From positions 1-64,000 of IMG/VR virus record IMGVR_UViG_3300025778_000010: a stretch of DNA of 64,000 bases, one strand, 5' to 3'. The position numbers and the translations under genes were made by a program. This document shows positions 1 to 12,400 of the stretch, in pieces (the stretch's first letter is position 1; every line of letters begins with the position of its first letter). This stretch comes from a virus. The notes below the pieces were generated by a model, which was given only the letters and a program-made list of their open reading frames with translations, made no database searches and was not told the DNA's origin.

Positions 1-524
1 TAAGCTTCTGTAGGAGGATATTTTCTACATACAAAATACCTGTAATTATTTGAATCTGTACTATCTGATCCAGTTACCCCAGTTGTTGTGGTATTTGCAG
101 TAATTGTTCCAACAACATATAGTCCGTCATATATTGAACTAGTTAAAGTTTCTTGTGCATAATTTATTAAACTTCCCGAATCATATGTTGTAGTACCACC
201 AGTTCCAGGCGTTGAGTTGCTGCTTGTTCCAAATGTGTAAGAGTATGAAGATATTGTATAGCCGTTTCTATTCCATGTTCCTTTTTGTAAATAAACTGTA
301 CTACCAGTATTTAAGGTGTAGCCAGAAGGTTGGTTATTGCCTGCAGAATCTAATGATATATAAGGTGCCGTTGTTGTATAAGGACCAGCTTTTGGCCAAA
401 ATAATGTCCATACTGAGCCTATTTTTACATAAGCATATTTTACAACTTTCCAAACAGTTCCTTGTTTAACAAAAAGATTAGTTAATGGCTTCCAGGTGCT
501 TCCCTGTTTTACAAACATGCCCAT
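1..524 (-). CDS. minor tail/virion protein, N-terminal part (runs off the window edge)
   Basis: ATG at 524 directly after the stop of 525..3971; open frame MGMFVKQGSTWKPLTNLFVKQGTVWKVVKYAYVKIGSVWTLFWPK...; Thr/Ser/Gly-rich like its neighbours. Confidence 0.65.
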   Translation of the reverse strand, partial: MGMFVKQGSTWKPLTNLFVKQGTVWKVVKYAYVKIGSVWTLFWPKAGPYTTTAPYISLDSAGNNQPSGYTLNTGSTVYLQKGTWNRNGYTISSYSYTFGTSSNSTPGTGGTTTYDSGSLINYAQETLTSSIYDGLYVVGTITANTTTTGVTGSDSTDSNNYRYFVCRKYPPTEA

Positions 525-3500
525 TTAAATTTGTACCCAAAAATCTCCACTAAAACCTGTGCCAGTAGAACCTACAGGTGAATGATTTCCATAATATACA
601 GCAAATCCAGTTACCGCATCTCCACCAATCATTTGAGTGTTTCCGTAAGTTTGATTTTGTGGTGCATACTGAATAACTCTTGTAAATGGAGAATAAGAAC
701 TTGAAATGCTTGAAAGTCTTGTATCATCTCCGTACACGCTTAAACCATTAATATGAAGACCGCTTTGACTTAAAGATAATGTTTGTGTTTGTGGTTGACT
801 ATGATAATTTCCATCTGAACCTACATAATACCCTGATGGAATAGTTGTGGTCATATAAATTGGATTTCCACTTCCTGCATATTGAATATAAGTATTTGCT
901 TCACCTAAAATAAATGAGCCATCAGCATTATTAAAATAATAACCTGGCAGAGATGAGGTGGTTGATCCTGTTGCTGACGCACTAGATTTTAAAACACCAT
1001 TAATTATTGCACCCGTTGCGGTAAGAGTTCCTTTATGATCTACTGTAAAGTTTGGATTACCTGTTAGTCCTGCTTGAATTGCATAACCTGTTGGTATTCC
1101 TCCTGTACCGCCTGCTGCTGTAGCAGCAGCACTTAATGTAACGCCGTATCCATTATTATCTCCTGCAAGAACATTAATTGTTTTTGCACTTGCATCTAAA
1201 GTAATTTTTCCATTACCTGATTGTATTGTTGAATCTTGAACAATCCATCCCGTGCCTTCTGACGTTCCTAAAAGTGCTGCATTTGTTTGAAATGTAAAGC
1301 CAGTTGTTCTTCCATTTAAAGTAAATGGAATTGGTTTAGATACAATCCATGTTGTAATATTGTGTGATGTATCATAAGCAAAAAGTCCACCATATATTGA
1401 ACGACTTAATTGATCTGTAAATCCTCCGCCACGAATCTGAACACTTGATCCTGTTGTTTGTGTTGCTGCTGTTGTTCCATCTGCAAGCGTTCCAAATGCT
1501 GAAAAAATTCCATTTGAAGTCATATTAATATTAGAATCAAATGTTGAAGGCAAGCTTACATTTAAAGTACCAGTTATTGTTGCATTTGAAGCAGTTACCG
1601 ATCCATCACCTTTAACTGTAAATGTTCCTGATCCTGCACTTATAAGGGTGTCGGTAGATATTCCCGTACCATAAATACTAATTTTTCTTGCTACAACAGC
1701 ACCTTGAGGAGTTACTGAAAAGTTTGCAAGAGCGTCTCCACCACTTGTTGATGATCCCGCCCAAAACGAATACGTGCCCGTTGCAGACATTCCAACATAA
1801 TTAGATGCTGAATTTAAAGTATTTTGAATTGAACTTGATCCAATTACCCAATCTGCAATTTTTGCATTTGTTGTTTCAAAAGTATAACCGCTTGCACCTG
1901 GATTTGTAATAATTGCTGTGCTTGCTGCAGTGCTTGATGCTGATCCGTAGTCAAATGCAAATATTCCTGAATAAGCAGATGAACCGTCAGGACCTTTATT
2001 ACCTGAAGGTCCTAAAACTATTCTTGACCCTGTTGTTGCTGATGCACCTACATAAATTGCACCACCTGAGCCAATTTGAACAGAATTAGAAATAACGCTT
2101 TGTGCAGGATTAATTGGATTTGCTATATAAGAATATGTTGGGTAAGAGTTATTAGTTCTAAATCCGCCGTATGTATAATAAGCTACAACTATGTATAAAG
2201 AGTTAGTGTAAAGAGTATTATAAACAGAAGCTGGTCCAACTCCTGAATATACCAAAGATTGCATATGATAGTTTCCAGTTGCGGAGGAAAGAAAGTATGG
2301 AGTTAATGTACCGCTTGAATTATAATATGAAAGACTTAAACTATATTGTTGTGTTCCAGAATTATAAGTAATTGCGGATACAAAAACGTTTGCACTTGAT
2401 GGCAAATTAGAGCCAGTAATTTGATAACCAAAATATTGAGTTGGATCTGTTGCTGAAGGTATTGACATTCCGCCACCTTCATAAGTTAAATTATTTACCA
2501 CAAGTGTGCTTGTACCTGATCCAGATACGTATGTGGCATCTATGTAATCTGGTGGATCTAAAACAGAAATTAAAAATGTTGGATTTTGATAAAATTGATA
2601 AACTTCTCCATAATCGGCACCTGTTGTACCTAAGCTAAAATTAACTCCATATCCATCTACAGTATTAACTATTGATGCTGTTGGAGTTACTCCCGCCAAA
2701 GTATTTGTTTGTGAGAATGTAGCAATATCTATTGTTGTAGTACTTGGAACATTTTGTTGAGAAGTTGTATATACGTGAGCTTGAAAAGAAATGTAATATT
2801 GCCCAAAATACCCTAACAGTTGTTGTTGATTAATTGTAAAAGTAGTTGCCCCAGAAACCAAAGGTTTAGTAAATACACCAAAAATAGTTGTACTTGCATT
2901 ACCATTAATAACTGGGACAAGACTTACATTTATATTTGACCCAGGATTACTAGATGCTTGTGCAAATGTAATTACAACATTATTACCACTCCATGCAGCG
3001 GTTGCAGATGTTACGTTATTTGGTGCAGTTAAATTACTTGGGTTTAAAGCATCTGGAGTAACATCAACATAATTTGATGCTGGAGATTGCCCACCAGATT
3101 TTGATTGTGCATAAGCACGAACCCAACGATGATTTCCGTCTGCTGCCAAAATTGTTTCTGTATTAGTTATTGTGTAAGGACCTGCTTGATTCCAAATTGA
3201 TGTTTTTGCAGTATCCTCTGCTTGAACTTGAGACAAAGTATCATTACTAATAAATTCTTGAATTATTACATCATAAAAATCCGAATATGTTTGTAAAGTT
3301 GCAAAATTTGTAATTGTTACTGTATAAGAAGCGACTGAATGAGATACTGTAATAACTGGTGCTGGAAGATCACAGACATATGAAAAAGTATTAGACTGAA
3401 CATATCCATTTGTAAATTGTGCTGCAAAAGTTGCAATTTCAATTTGGGTAAATATAGTAAGGTTTGAAAGTCCTGTATAAGAAAGCTGCGAAGGATTAAT

Positions 3501-3971
3501 TGTTAAAGATTGAGAAGAACTTGATTTATTTAAAGACTCTGGAGAAAAAGTTTGTAGCGGAATCCATGAGCTTGTGTTTGGGTTATAAACTTGAATAATA
3601 AATGAAGAAAAATAATAGTTTGCTAAGTCTGTTGTATCAAATGTAAAAGTTGTAACAATGTTATCTCCAGAGTAATTAGCTGTAAGATTTGTTACTTGTA
3701 ATGGAGCATTTGCTTGAGTTACATTTCCCCCACCACCGCTATTACCGCTGCCAGGGCTTGAAGGCAAATTTATACTTGCAGATGCTGAAGACGATAATGC
3801 ACTTAATGAAATAGATTGTAAATTAAAATTATTTAAAGTTTGAATTTCAGCATTACTTTTTGAAAAAGCATTTGCTAAAGCAAGTGGTGTTTTTAAACGT
3901 GGGTCACCTGCAGGAATAAAAAGCGTTGGCTTTTTAGGAGCTGCATTATCAGATTTTGGCGTTGACTGCAT
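525..3971 (-). CDS. minor tail protein / tail tip-fibre protein (FN3-like N-half, beta-helix-like C-half)
   Basis: 1148 aa, S/T/G-rich, FSVTPQG/FTVKGDG/FTVDHKG repeats typical of siphovirus tail tip proteins; located downstream of the tape measure. Confidence 0.7.
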   Translation of the reverse strand: MQSTPKSDNAAPKKPTLFIPAGDPRLKTPLALANAFSKSNAEIQTLNNFNLQSISLSALSSSASASINLPSSPGSGNSGGGGNVTQANAPLQVTNLTANYSGDNIVTTFTFDTTDLANYYFSSFIIQVYNPNTSSWIPLQTFSPESLNKSSSSQSLTINPSQLSYTGLSNLTIFTQIEIATFAAQFTNGYVQSNTFSYVCDLPAPVITVSHSVASYTVTITNFATLQTYSDFYDVIIQEFISNDTLSQVQAEDTAKTSIWNQAGPYTITNTETILAADGNHRWVRAYAQSKSGGQSPASNYVDVTPDALNPSNLTAPNNVTSATAAWSGNNVVITFAQASSNPGSNINVSLVPVINGNASTTIFGVFTKPLVSGATTFTINQQQLLGYFGQYYISFQAHVYTTSQQNVPSTTTIDIATFSQTNTLAGVTPTASIVNTVDGYGVNFSLGTTGADYGEVYQFYQNPTFLISVLDPPDYIDATYVSGSGTSTLVVNNLTYEGGGMSIPSATDPTQYFGYQITGSNLPSSANVFVSAITYNSGTQQYSLSLSYYNSSGTLTPYFLSSATGNYHMQSLVYSGVGPASVYNTLYTNSLYIVVAYYTYGGFRTNNSYPTYSYIANPINPAQSVISNSVQIGSGGAIYVGASATTGSRIVLGPSGNKGPDGSSAYSGIFAFDYGSASSTAASTAIITNPGASGYTFETTNAKIADWVIGSSSIQNTLNSASNYVGMSATGTYSFWAGSSTSGGDALANFSVTPQGAVVARKISIYGTGISTDTLISAGSGTFTVKGDGSVTASNATITGTLNVSLPSTFDSNINMTSNGIFSAFGTLADGTTAATQTTGSSVQIRGGGFTDQLSRSIYGGLFAYDTSHNITTWIVSKPIPFTLNGRTTGFTFQTNAALLGTSEGTGWIVQDSTIQSGNGKITLDASAKTINVLAGDNNGYGVTLSAAATAAGGTGGIPTGYAIQAGLTGNPNFTVDHKGTLTATGAIINGVLKSSASATGSTTSSLPGYYFNNADGSFILGEANTYIQYAGSGNPIYMTTTIPSGYYVGSDGNYHSQPQTQTLSLSQSGLHINGLSVYGDDTRLSSISSSYSPFTRVIQYAPQNQTYGNTQMIGGDAVTGFAVYYGNHSPVGSTGTGFSGDFWVQI

Positions 3972-3983
3972 TTATCCCTCCCA

Positions 3984-4481
3984 CTATGATGATCTTGGAC
4001 CGATTGCCATCCAATTAATATAAACGGTTCCAGTGACAAGTTTTGCTGTTCCAGTTCTATAAAGTCTATAATAAAATCCTGTTGCATTTACGTTATAAAC
4101 TTGAATAACAAGGTCATCTAGTGTAGTGCCCACTACTCCGCTTGGGGGGTTTCCTGTAAAAATTGTTGCAGTTACAATAGGGGTATCAGAAAAAGAATTT
4201 GTTCCTGTGTTTGAATCAGCAAAAGTAACAGACCCATAATAAACCGTAGGTGTATTGGAGTTGTCTGGTGTATAAGATGATGCACGACCAAAAATAATAG
4301 CTTGTGAGGCAGGGTCGTACTGATGTGCGTATTGTGTTGCTGACCACGTAATGGAACTGGTTATGCCAAAATTATTAGTAATAGATGCAAGACTATCGCT
4401 ATGTTGATTTACAACATTAATAACTTGGTGCCAGGCAGCCAAATCAATGATATTTGGATCTGAAATCTTAATATACGCCAT
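3984..4481 (-). CDS. small minor tail protein (H-type lectin/gp53-like C-terminus)
   Basis: 165 aa; FSDTPIVTAT...NVNATGF...INWMAIG pattern; tail module context. Confidence 0.55.
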   Translation of the reverse strand: MAYIKISDPNIIDLAAWHQVINVVNQHSDSLASITNNFGITSSITWSATQYAHQYDPASQAIIFGRASSYTPDNSNTPTVYYGSVTFADSNTGTNSFSDTPIVTATIFTGNPPSGVVGTTLDDLVIQVYNVNATGFYYRLYRTGTAKLVTGTVYINWMAIGPRSS

Positions 4482-4531
4482 TTATTAACCTCTTCTTATT
4501 TATATATAAATTATACCATTTTTGAGCCATT

Positions 4532-7500
4532 TTAGTAAGATACCCCCTTGTCAATTTGATTAAGGACTAATGTGGTTTTAAGTCCCTGATTAAATGCTTG
4601 GGAAACTGAATGTACGGCATATTTTTGTTGATTAATTTTAGACAAAGAATAATTAATTGTTATAACATCTCCTACTTGAATTAAAGGGTTGCCAAATAAT
4701 TGTATAGTTGTATCTTTTGCAAACCCGTCAAATCCTTTAGCCATTAATGATATAAGTTTATTAGCTGATTCGGCAGATTGAATCCATGAAGAGTCTACCT
4801 GTGCAACTTCTGTAGCATTTGACGGATCAGTTACAACCTGTAAAACTTGAGGGTCAGCGGGACCAACAATTTCATGAGTCCAAATAGTAAATCTTGAATC
4901 AACATTAATGTTTGAGTCTGGCTTATGAGCTAAATAAATCATTTGATTTTTATTGTTTGTTATAGCCATTTTTGCTCTAAAACCTGTATTTAAAACTGTT
5001 GAAAAAGACAACCCATATTCATCAATAACTTGTTGTTGCTTATATGCTTGATCATAAACTTCTGTTCCAGGGTAGTACTGTAATAAATAACCTCCCCAAT
5101 AACTATCTGATGTTACTGCTGCAGGATTAGAATATTGAAGATCATAAACATTAACACCCACAATCTCTGGATTTGTTTGCATTATATAACTTCTATATTT
5201 ATTAAAAATATTTTCTTTTTGGACGATTGCATTTAAAAATTCTCTATCTTGATACCAATAATTTACACTACGCTCCCAAAGAATTTTTTCGTTAGCATAA
5301 ATTTCTCTTAAGTTTGCAGGAACTACAGTTGAAGAAACGCCCCCAGATACGGTTTGACTTCCTGCAATACCAAATGGGTATGTTGATGTGCAAAAACCAA
5401 AATATTTATTAGTTGTGTTAAATCCTGTTGAGCTTAATACAACATTTTTTCTTAAGCCAGTAGATGAGTTTTTATCTGTGGCTTTCCAGTTTGGTGTAAG
5501 TAAGGGGGTAGTTACTGTAGCAGGAACTTGAAACCCTGTTACTAAACAATTATTTAAAAATACTTTAATTAATTGACCGCTGTCTTCTCCTGTTGAGTTT
5601 GTAGCATCTGTTCCGTCTGAAGTCCAATGTACTACTCTTAAATTAAATACATTATCAGATACAGTTGTATAACTTACAGCTCCTTTAGAACTTGTTTGTT
5701 TTGAAAAAACTTGTTGATTATTTAAAATAAGATTGTTAACTGTTCCTGTTACATCAGCCCAGGCGATCTGGGTTAAAGTTCCTGAAATAATCTTTGAGAT
5801 AGAAATTAAATATGTATATACAGGAGGGTTATATACAGTATAGAATGGTCCTGCTGTTTTATTGTTAATGGTATTAAATTGTACCAACTCAACAAAATAT
5901 CCGTCAGATGTTGATCCGTTATTGTTAAAAAACAGTCCTGCAGTTGCCATTTGCTGGTTTGTTAAATCAAACTTAACGGAATATGTGTGGTAACCAACAT
6001 CTTGTTGAGATGGGTATACCAAACATTTTGTAGCTGATGGAGCAGATACTGCAAGTTTAGTTATAGTGGGAAGAGGTGCTGTTGCTGTAACAACTGAAGT
6101 TCTTGTTGTTCCAGTAGACATGACGTTACTTGAATTAATTGATGCTTCTAGTAAACCTTTTGAACTTGCTGATGATGCAAGAGAATGTGCTTTAGGAACT
6201 GTACCAAATAAACCTCTTTGTACATTTGTTACTCTACCCGTTGGTTGAACCAATATATCGTAGTCTGAGGATACTGTGGCTTGCCCCCCAGAAACATAAG
6301 AACTGGTGGTTACACCGCTTACTGTAAATGTTGAAGATGTTGCAGATAAAATTTTACCCGTGCCATTGTATCCTGCGGGAATAACACCTACAACAGAAAC
6401 TTTTTGTCCTGTTTGAAAAGAATTATTTGCAGTAAATGTAATAGTTGAACCGTTCCCAGAAGCACCTGTAATTTGAGAATAATTTGAGGATAAAAGTCCA
6501 ACAGAATATTTTTTAATAAAACGATTTACTTCTGCATTTAACTCTATATCATTTTTAACAGAAACATATGTAGAGTTTGATTGATTGGAATATTGAGATA
6601 ATTTATATTCTTTATATACAAATGATACAAGTTCATCCTCAATTACCGCATAGCCATTATTGCTTAAAGTAAATGTATGGAATAAATCAAGAAGATCGTT
6701 TGTATTAATTGTGTAAGCATTATCTGTTTCTGCCATATTAGAATATAAATAATTAAATCCTACAGAGTCTGCCGTTTCTTGTGACCACATAATGTCATTT
6801 GATGTTGTTAAAACATATGAAGGACTATTTCTAGCACTTGGATCAGTTGCATTTTGCATGGCCAATGTTTGTTTAATTTTTGGAACTTGATATCTTAAAG
6901 AAAGTTTTCCAGGCTTTGCTTTATTTAGAACTGTATATCCACCTTGTAAAATTGATGAATCAGATATAGTAATATTTGAGCTTTTAGTATTAAGAATTTG
7001 TGAAAGGCTTTTAAATCTCATAATGCCATATTCATCAATATATGCACCAATTTGATATGCTAAGAATATCTCTGATAGTACATCTACTATTGTTGAATCC
7101 CGCCCGTTTGCATAAAAATAGGAAAGATCAAGTGGGGTCGTATAATCGCTACAAACATCATATAGTGAGTCAGCATCATAATCGCTAAATCCAGATAGCT
7201 CTAATATGTTTGATATAACATCAAATACTGGCTTTAAATTGGCAGCGTAGTCGGATACGGGGGTTGTTTGAAGATATCTGGTAATATCATAAGCGGTGAT
7301 TTTAACATCTTTAATATCTGTTTCATCCCAAGAATCTGAATAAAATACTCCCCCAGGGATATATGTGCCTGTTGATCCATTTGGTTGAACAAAGTTGTTT
7401 GCAGTAGAATCAAAATAAGATTTTAATGTCCAACCAGTATAAAACTTAATATTTTTTCTAAGCATGTTAGATAATACATTTGTAGACAAATTACTTTGAC

Positions 7501-8908
7501 TTGAAAAAATAGGTACAAAACCATTACTTAAAGCAATTGGAATAGCAGAAAGATTAATTGTGGCGTCATCTGCGTTAATTGAAGAAATTGGCACAAAATT
7601 GTTTTTAGAATCTAAAGATTTATTAATTGTAACATCTTTTACAAAATCTGTTAAATCAATCTCTAATCTTGGAGAAACCTCAATTAATTGCATTCTTGAT
7701 AAATCAGAAGTAAAGTTTGAATTACTATATCCTGAAAAATCTGTTGTTGCAGTTGACGAAAGTTGTTGAACAGAGATCCAGTTAACTGTAGTGTATGTTG
7801 TTAAGGCACCTGATGAATTAAACTTTGGCATAGTAGTCCAACGAGTTTTGGTCCAAGCAGACCCATTCCAGTACAGGGTGACTACGCCATTTATATACCC
7901 GTCTGCATTTGCTACAGGAGTAATTGTTGTTGATCCGTCTACTATGACTGCAGAGCCATTAATATATAAAGAAAATTGAGGGTAACTCATCAATGTATTA
8001 AATTTAATTACAATTTTATTTACATTAATATTTTGCGAATACAATGCAGCTATTTGTTGGCTTGATGTATCAGAAACAAAATATTTATATGTTGCCATTT
8101 CGTTTGGCAATGAATTTTTGTACAAAGGAACTGGCTGTTTTGCCATTGTAAATGATGGTGATTGAGATATTGCACTTACAGGTGAATATGCTGATCCTGC
8201 ATATCCATTCAAAATATTAGATGAACGATTAATTTTTCTAAAAGTAGAAGGCACTGGAGCATTTGAATTACCAGTTGTTACATAAGATTCGCCTGGTCTA
8301 AAATAAGTAAATGCACTATCTGTTGGCCATAGCGAGTGATACTGATAGTCAAAAAATGTTGTTGCAAAAAATTGCGGAGGAGTAAAGTAAACGGTTGTTG
8401 CTGTAGAATCCGAGTTTAAAGAGTTAGCAGAAATTGTATAGTTAAGCGTTGTAATAGTATCTGATGAATTATAGCCACCAATATATGTTTCAAGCTTTGT
8501 CCATCCGTATGAATTTGTTTCTATATATGATGAACCGTACTGTGTATTTGACTGACCTTTTCCATACCCATTAATTGATATTGGTAAATTATTATTAGTT
8601 TTAAAATAAATAACAACTTTATAAGCTGGAGAGCTTAAACCTGAAGCTGTATATACTACATTGCCCGAAGCTGTTCTATTTCCTGCAGCTAGTGTAAAAC
8701 TATTTACACTAAACCCAGGAAGCTGGCTGTCAATCCCTCCTGTTGTAATTGATCCTGATTGAAGTGTTGGATTAACAGGAGTACCGCTACCCGCTACAGT
8801 AATGTATGGAGCATTAAATAAATTATGATTCCATTCAGCAGAAATTACTGGCTGAAGTTCAATAGAATTTGAGTTTAAAAAAATATTTGAGTTGACATTA
8901 GATAGCAT
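4532..8908 (-). CDS. large minor tail / tail hub (Tal-like) protein
   Basis: 1458 aa; AYIDEYGIMRF and C-terminal GNPLIQVGDVITI motifs typical of tail hub proteins; two genes after the tape measure. Confidence 0.7.
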   Translation of the reverse strand: MLSNVNSNIFLNSNSIELQPVISAEWNHNLFNAPYITVAGSGTPVNPTLQSGSITTGGIDSQLPGFSVNSFTLAAGNRTASGNVVYTASGLSSPAYKVVIYFKTNNNLPISINGYGKGQSNTQYGSSYIETNSYGWTKLETYIGGYNSSDTITTLNYTISANSLNSDSTATTVYFTPPQFFATTFFDYQYHSLWPTDSAFTYFRPGESYVTTGNSNAPVPSTFRKINRSSNILNGYAGSAYSPVSAISQSPSFTMAKQPVPLYKNSLPNEMATYKYFVSDTSSQQIAALYSQNINVNKIVIKFNTLMSYPQFSLYINGSAVIVDGSTTITPVANADGYINGVVTLYWNGSAWTKTRWTTMPKFNSSGALTTYTTVNWISVQQLSSTATTDFSGYSNSNFTSDLSRMQLIEVSPRLEIDLTDFVKDVTINKSLDSKNNFVPISSINADDATINLSAIPIALSNGFVPIFSSQSNLSTNVLSNMLRKNIKFYTGWTLKSYFDSTANNFVQPNGSTGTYIPGGVFYSDSWDETDIKDVKITAYDITRYLQTTPVSDYAANLKPVFDVISNILELSGFSDYDADSLYDVCSDYTTPLDLSYFYANGRDSTIVDVLSEIFLAYQIGAYIDEYGIMRFKSLSQILNTKSSNITISDSSILQGGYTVLNKAKPGKLSLRYQVPKIKQTLAMQNATDPSARNSPSYVLTTSNDIMWSQETADSVGFNYLYSNMAETDNAYTINTNDLLDLFHTFTLSNNGYAVIEDELVSFVYKEYKLSQYSNQSNSTYVSVKNDIELNAEVNRFIKKYSVGLLSSNYSQITGASGNGSTITFTANNSFQTGQKVSVVGVIPAGYNGTGKILSATSSTFTVSGVTTSSYVSGGQATVSSDYDILVQPTGRVTNVQRGLFGTVPKAHSLASSASSKGLLEASINSSNVMSTGTTRTSVVTATAPLPTITKLAVSAPSATKCLVYPSQQDVGYHTYSVKFDLTNQQMATAGLFFNNNGSTSDGYFVELVQFNTINNKTAGPFYTVYNPPVYTYLISISKIISGTLTQIAWADVTGTVNNLILNNQQVFSKQTSSKGAVSYTTVSDNVFNLRVVHWTSDGTDATNSTGEDSGQLIKVFLNNCLVTGFQVPATVTTPLLTPNWKATDKNSSTGLRKNVVLSSTGFNTTNKYFGFCTSTYPFGIAGSQTVSGGVSSTVVPANLREIYANEKILWERSVNYWYQDREFLNAIVQKENIFNKYRSYIMQTNPEIVGVNVYDLQYSNPAAVTSDSYWGGYLLQYYPGTEVYDQAYKQQQVIDEYGLSFSTVLNTGFRAKMAITNNKNQMIYLAHKPDSNINVDSRFTIWTHEIVGPADPQVLQVVTDPSNATEVAQVDSSWIQSAESANKLISLMAKGFDGFAKDTTIQLFGNPLIQVGDVITINYSLSKINQQKYAVHSVSQAFNQGLKTTLVLNQIDKGVSY

Positions 8909-9426
8909 TAGATCTCCGTAAATTCCGCTGTTAGATTTACGTAGTCAAACCCTGACCTTCTTTTTGTGACATCATATGTAAATGTTGTCATAAATGCATT
9001 ATAAACTTGACCTGTTGTACCTTTAGAATCAACATAACTATTTGCAAGCGGAATTGAATTTGTTTGCGGTGTATCAAGAGCATACATTAATTTAACATAA
9101 ATTGGATTAAATGAATTACCTTCATAAAAAGCTTTTAACCACGCAGCACCATAGGATCCGCTACTGTAGTCTACAAGATTTGAATCTTGTGTTGGAAAGT
9201 CTTTCCATTCAATTTTAATAACAAATTTACGGGCTACAATAAATTTTCTTAATGTTCCATTAGCCATTCTATCTGTAGATTCAACCAAAGTATATGTAAC
9301 ATTAATTGGTTGGCGATTATGATCTGAAAGCTTGTACCAAACCATATTTTCAGGTATTGTTGTAGCAACGCCATTTGAGTCAAAACCTAGTGATATTTGA
9401 ACTCCTTGTGGAATCGAATATGTCAT
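8908..9426 (-). CDS. distal tail (Dit-like) protein
   Basis: 172 aa immediately after the tape measure; RMANGTLRK motif. Confidence 0.6.
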   Translation of the reverse strand: MTYSIPQGVQISLGFDSNGVATTIPENMVWYKLSDHNRQPINVTYTLVESTDRMANGTLRKFIVARKFVIKIEWKDFPTQDSNLVDYSSGSYGAAWLKAFYEGNSFNPIYVKLMYALDTPQTNSIPLANSYVDSKGTTGQVYNAFMTTFTYDVTKRRSGFDYVNLTAEFTEI

Positions 9427-12400
9427 TTAACAAGCCCCCCAGTAATTTTTTGGCTTGCTCCGTGTGGTACCGTTGGTGCTTGTGGTTTTTTAGTACTTAC
9501 GCCCATGCCATTTGTTTGAGTTTTAGCTTTTGCAATCGCATCTAATGTTCCAGACTGTGCGCCCTTTGCAACTGCTGCTGCAATTGATACAGGGTTATCT
9601 AAACCGCTAATAGCAATACTATTCTGTACAGTAATTGTACCAGTTCCTGATGCATTACTTGCAAGTCTAGCAAGATTAGCAGTTTTAGATACTGAAGAAT
9701 CAATGTTGTGGCTTTGATTAGCAATAGCATCATTTAAATCAGCAAGAGCTTGTGAGAATTGATCTGCCCTTAATTGAATGCTATCAATAGTATTTTGCAT
9801 TTGATTTTCTTTTGTAGTTGTAGCAAAATCAATACCTAATGCTGTTGCTGCTTGACCTGCTTCAGCAGCTCCCAAATAATTACCACTCATTAAAGCAGTT
9901 TTTTGATCTTGCATTAAACTAAAACGTTTATTTTCATAATCAAGAATTCTTTGAGCTTCTGTAGCTTGTTGTTTATAAATTTTAAGTTGTTCGTTTAGAC
10001 CTTTAGTAACAATATTTTCATCTCTTACTCTTGCTTCAAGAACTTTTTTAATTGCCGTTTGAGCGGAAGACGGTGTAAATGATGTTGGTGTACTTGAACT
10101 GCTTCCTGGAGGTGGTGTAGATCCTCCATTAGCTGCAGACTGTGCAATTGCAATTGCATCTTTATATTTGTTATAAAGATCAGTAATTCCAGAATCTCCT
10201 TTTGCTAAAGCTGCTGCTACTTGATCTTGAGTAACAAGTGAGCTTGTTAATAATGCCCCAGCTTTAATTAAATCTAAAGTCGTTCCATTTCCTTTTCTAA
10301 GCTTATCTGTATAAACAGAAAGTCCTGGAGCTTGTTTATTTAAGTTGTTTGCAAAAGCTTGGTAAACTTGATCAGTATTAATTGTTTTTAAAGCTAAATC
10401 TTTATTTGCACCTGACATTTGAGTAATAACGTTTGTAACATTTTTTGCACCACTATTAGCTAAATTATTTAAGCTAGAAACAAGTCCGTCTACCGCTGCT
10501 TGAGTTTGTTGGAATCCCGCATCTCCTGCTTTTTGTCCTGATCCTGCATTAGCAATACCTTTTGCAAAAGCATCACTAGCTCCGCCTCTAACTCCTGAAG
10601 GAATAGATGTTGATCTTACTCCAATACCTTTAGCATATTGTTGTTGTGCTAAACCTATTTGGCTAATAAACGCAGTTCCCGCATCTGCACCTATATTTTT
10701 TAATGCTGCATTTGTTTGAGCAATAACAATTGGGGATGTTCCTGCAGCTAACATTAAGGAATTGGCATTTTGTAAAGCTTGAGATTGAGTATATCCTGCA
10801 GCAATATCAGAACTATATCTTTTTTGCATTTCAAATTTAACGCCATTTGCATCTTGGCTTCCTAAGTTTTTAATATAATCTTTTGTCATTTGATCTGAAG
10901 CATTTAAATATGCTTGGGTTAAAGCATCTACTGCTGCTTTGTTATCTGAAACAGATTTAATATGCTTATCTAATCCGTCTGTGGTTTTTGAAAAATCATA
11001 ACTTGACAATGGCTTAAAGCTAATTCCAAAAGCTTGATTAGCGACTGCTGTTGTTTGGAAACTTTGTGTTAATGCATTTGTACTAATTCTTGCACTTTCT
11101 GATGCTTTTTTAAATATATCAACTAATCCTGTTACAGCTAATCCAAGTCCAGCTCCCGCCCCTAAGCTCATGCCAGGTATGAATGAAGCGATCATTGCTC
11201 CAGTTGTGGCTGCATCAATACCGCTTTTTACTGCTCCGCCTACTCCAGTTGATGGTAACACAGCATTTGCAGCCATTTGAGCACCAAATAAACCTATGCC
11301 ACTAGCTGGTCCACCACTTGTAACCTTAGATAATGTTCTGCCCAAAAAGCCTTTAATTCCAGTTGCTGCTTTTTCTTCTACAATAGGCATTGATCCAAGT
11401 GTCTCTTCTGCACCCTTGGCTATTGAAGTTTCTGCATTTTTTGCAACATTTACCGCAATTGCTTGACCTGCTGCTGCAGTAGCTTCATCTACTGATGCAC
11501 TATAAGAAGCACTTCTTGCATATGGAGAATAACCATTTTCTTTTAATGTAGGGTTTCTATTTACTGTTCTAACCTTATTACCACTTTTTCTTGCAACATC
11601 TTCGCCTGCGTACATAACTTGTGAACCATTACCCATTGTAAGTTCACCGCTTGCAAGACCTTCATTAATTACTGATGTTGGAATTTGTAATCTTGCTTGA
11701 CCAATTTGAGTTGCAGCTACGGCCATAGCTCTAGCAACTTGACCTTCTGCTGTTGCTAACTCTTTATTTGCAGCAATAACTTCCGTTGTTGCTTGGCTAA
11801 GAATTCCGTCAGTAACTTTTTGTTCTTCTGTAGCTGTTGCAATCTCAACTGCTCTAGCACCAATTTGTTTTTCTAAATTATTTGTTGCTGCAACAATTAC
11901 TGGATCTGTTATATTTGCTCCGCCTTGACCAACTGAAAATAATGTTTTGTTTGTGCGGGAGTTCCATTGTGCAATAAATTTATCAATTTCAACTCCACCT
12001 TCTTTAAGTGCTTGGTTTATGCCAGAAGGCAGCTCTGCAATTAAATTAGAAACTCCACTAATATAAGGTGCAAATCTAGCTTGAACTTCTGGGCCAAACA
12101 TTGCCATGGCTGCTTGTGCCCCAGCAGAACCTGGTTCAAATGCGGTTACTAAGTGAGATCTTTCTAATCCTTGTTCTTTCATTCCCAAACCATTTGCTAT
12201 TCCAGCAACAGAAGGAATCCCACCAGGTGCACCAGCGTTCATCGCTGCTACCATTTCTGTAAGACTCTTAGTTAAATCTTGAACTGCTCTATCTAATACT
12301 GTTGCTGCATCTGCATCGCCCAACATTTTATCTTGGAATAATTGTGCTGCATTCTTAGATGCAATTAATTCTGGAGTTAAATATTCTTTAAGGCTTTTTG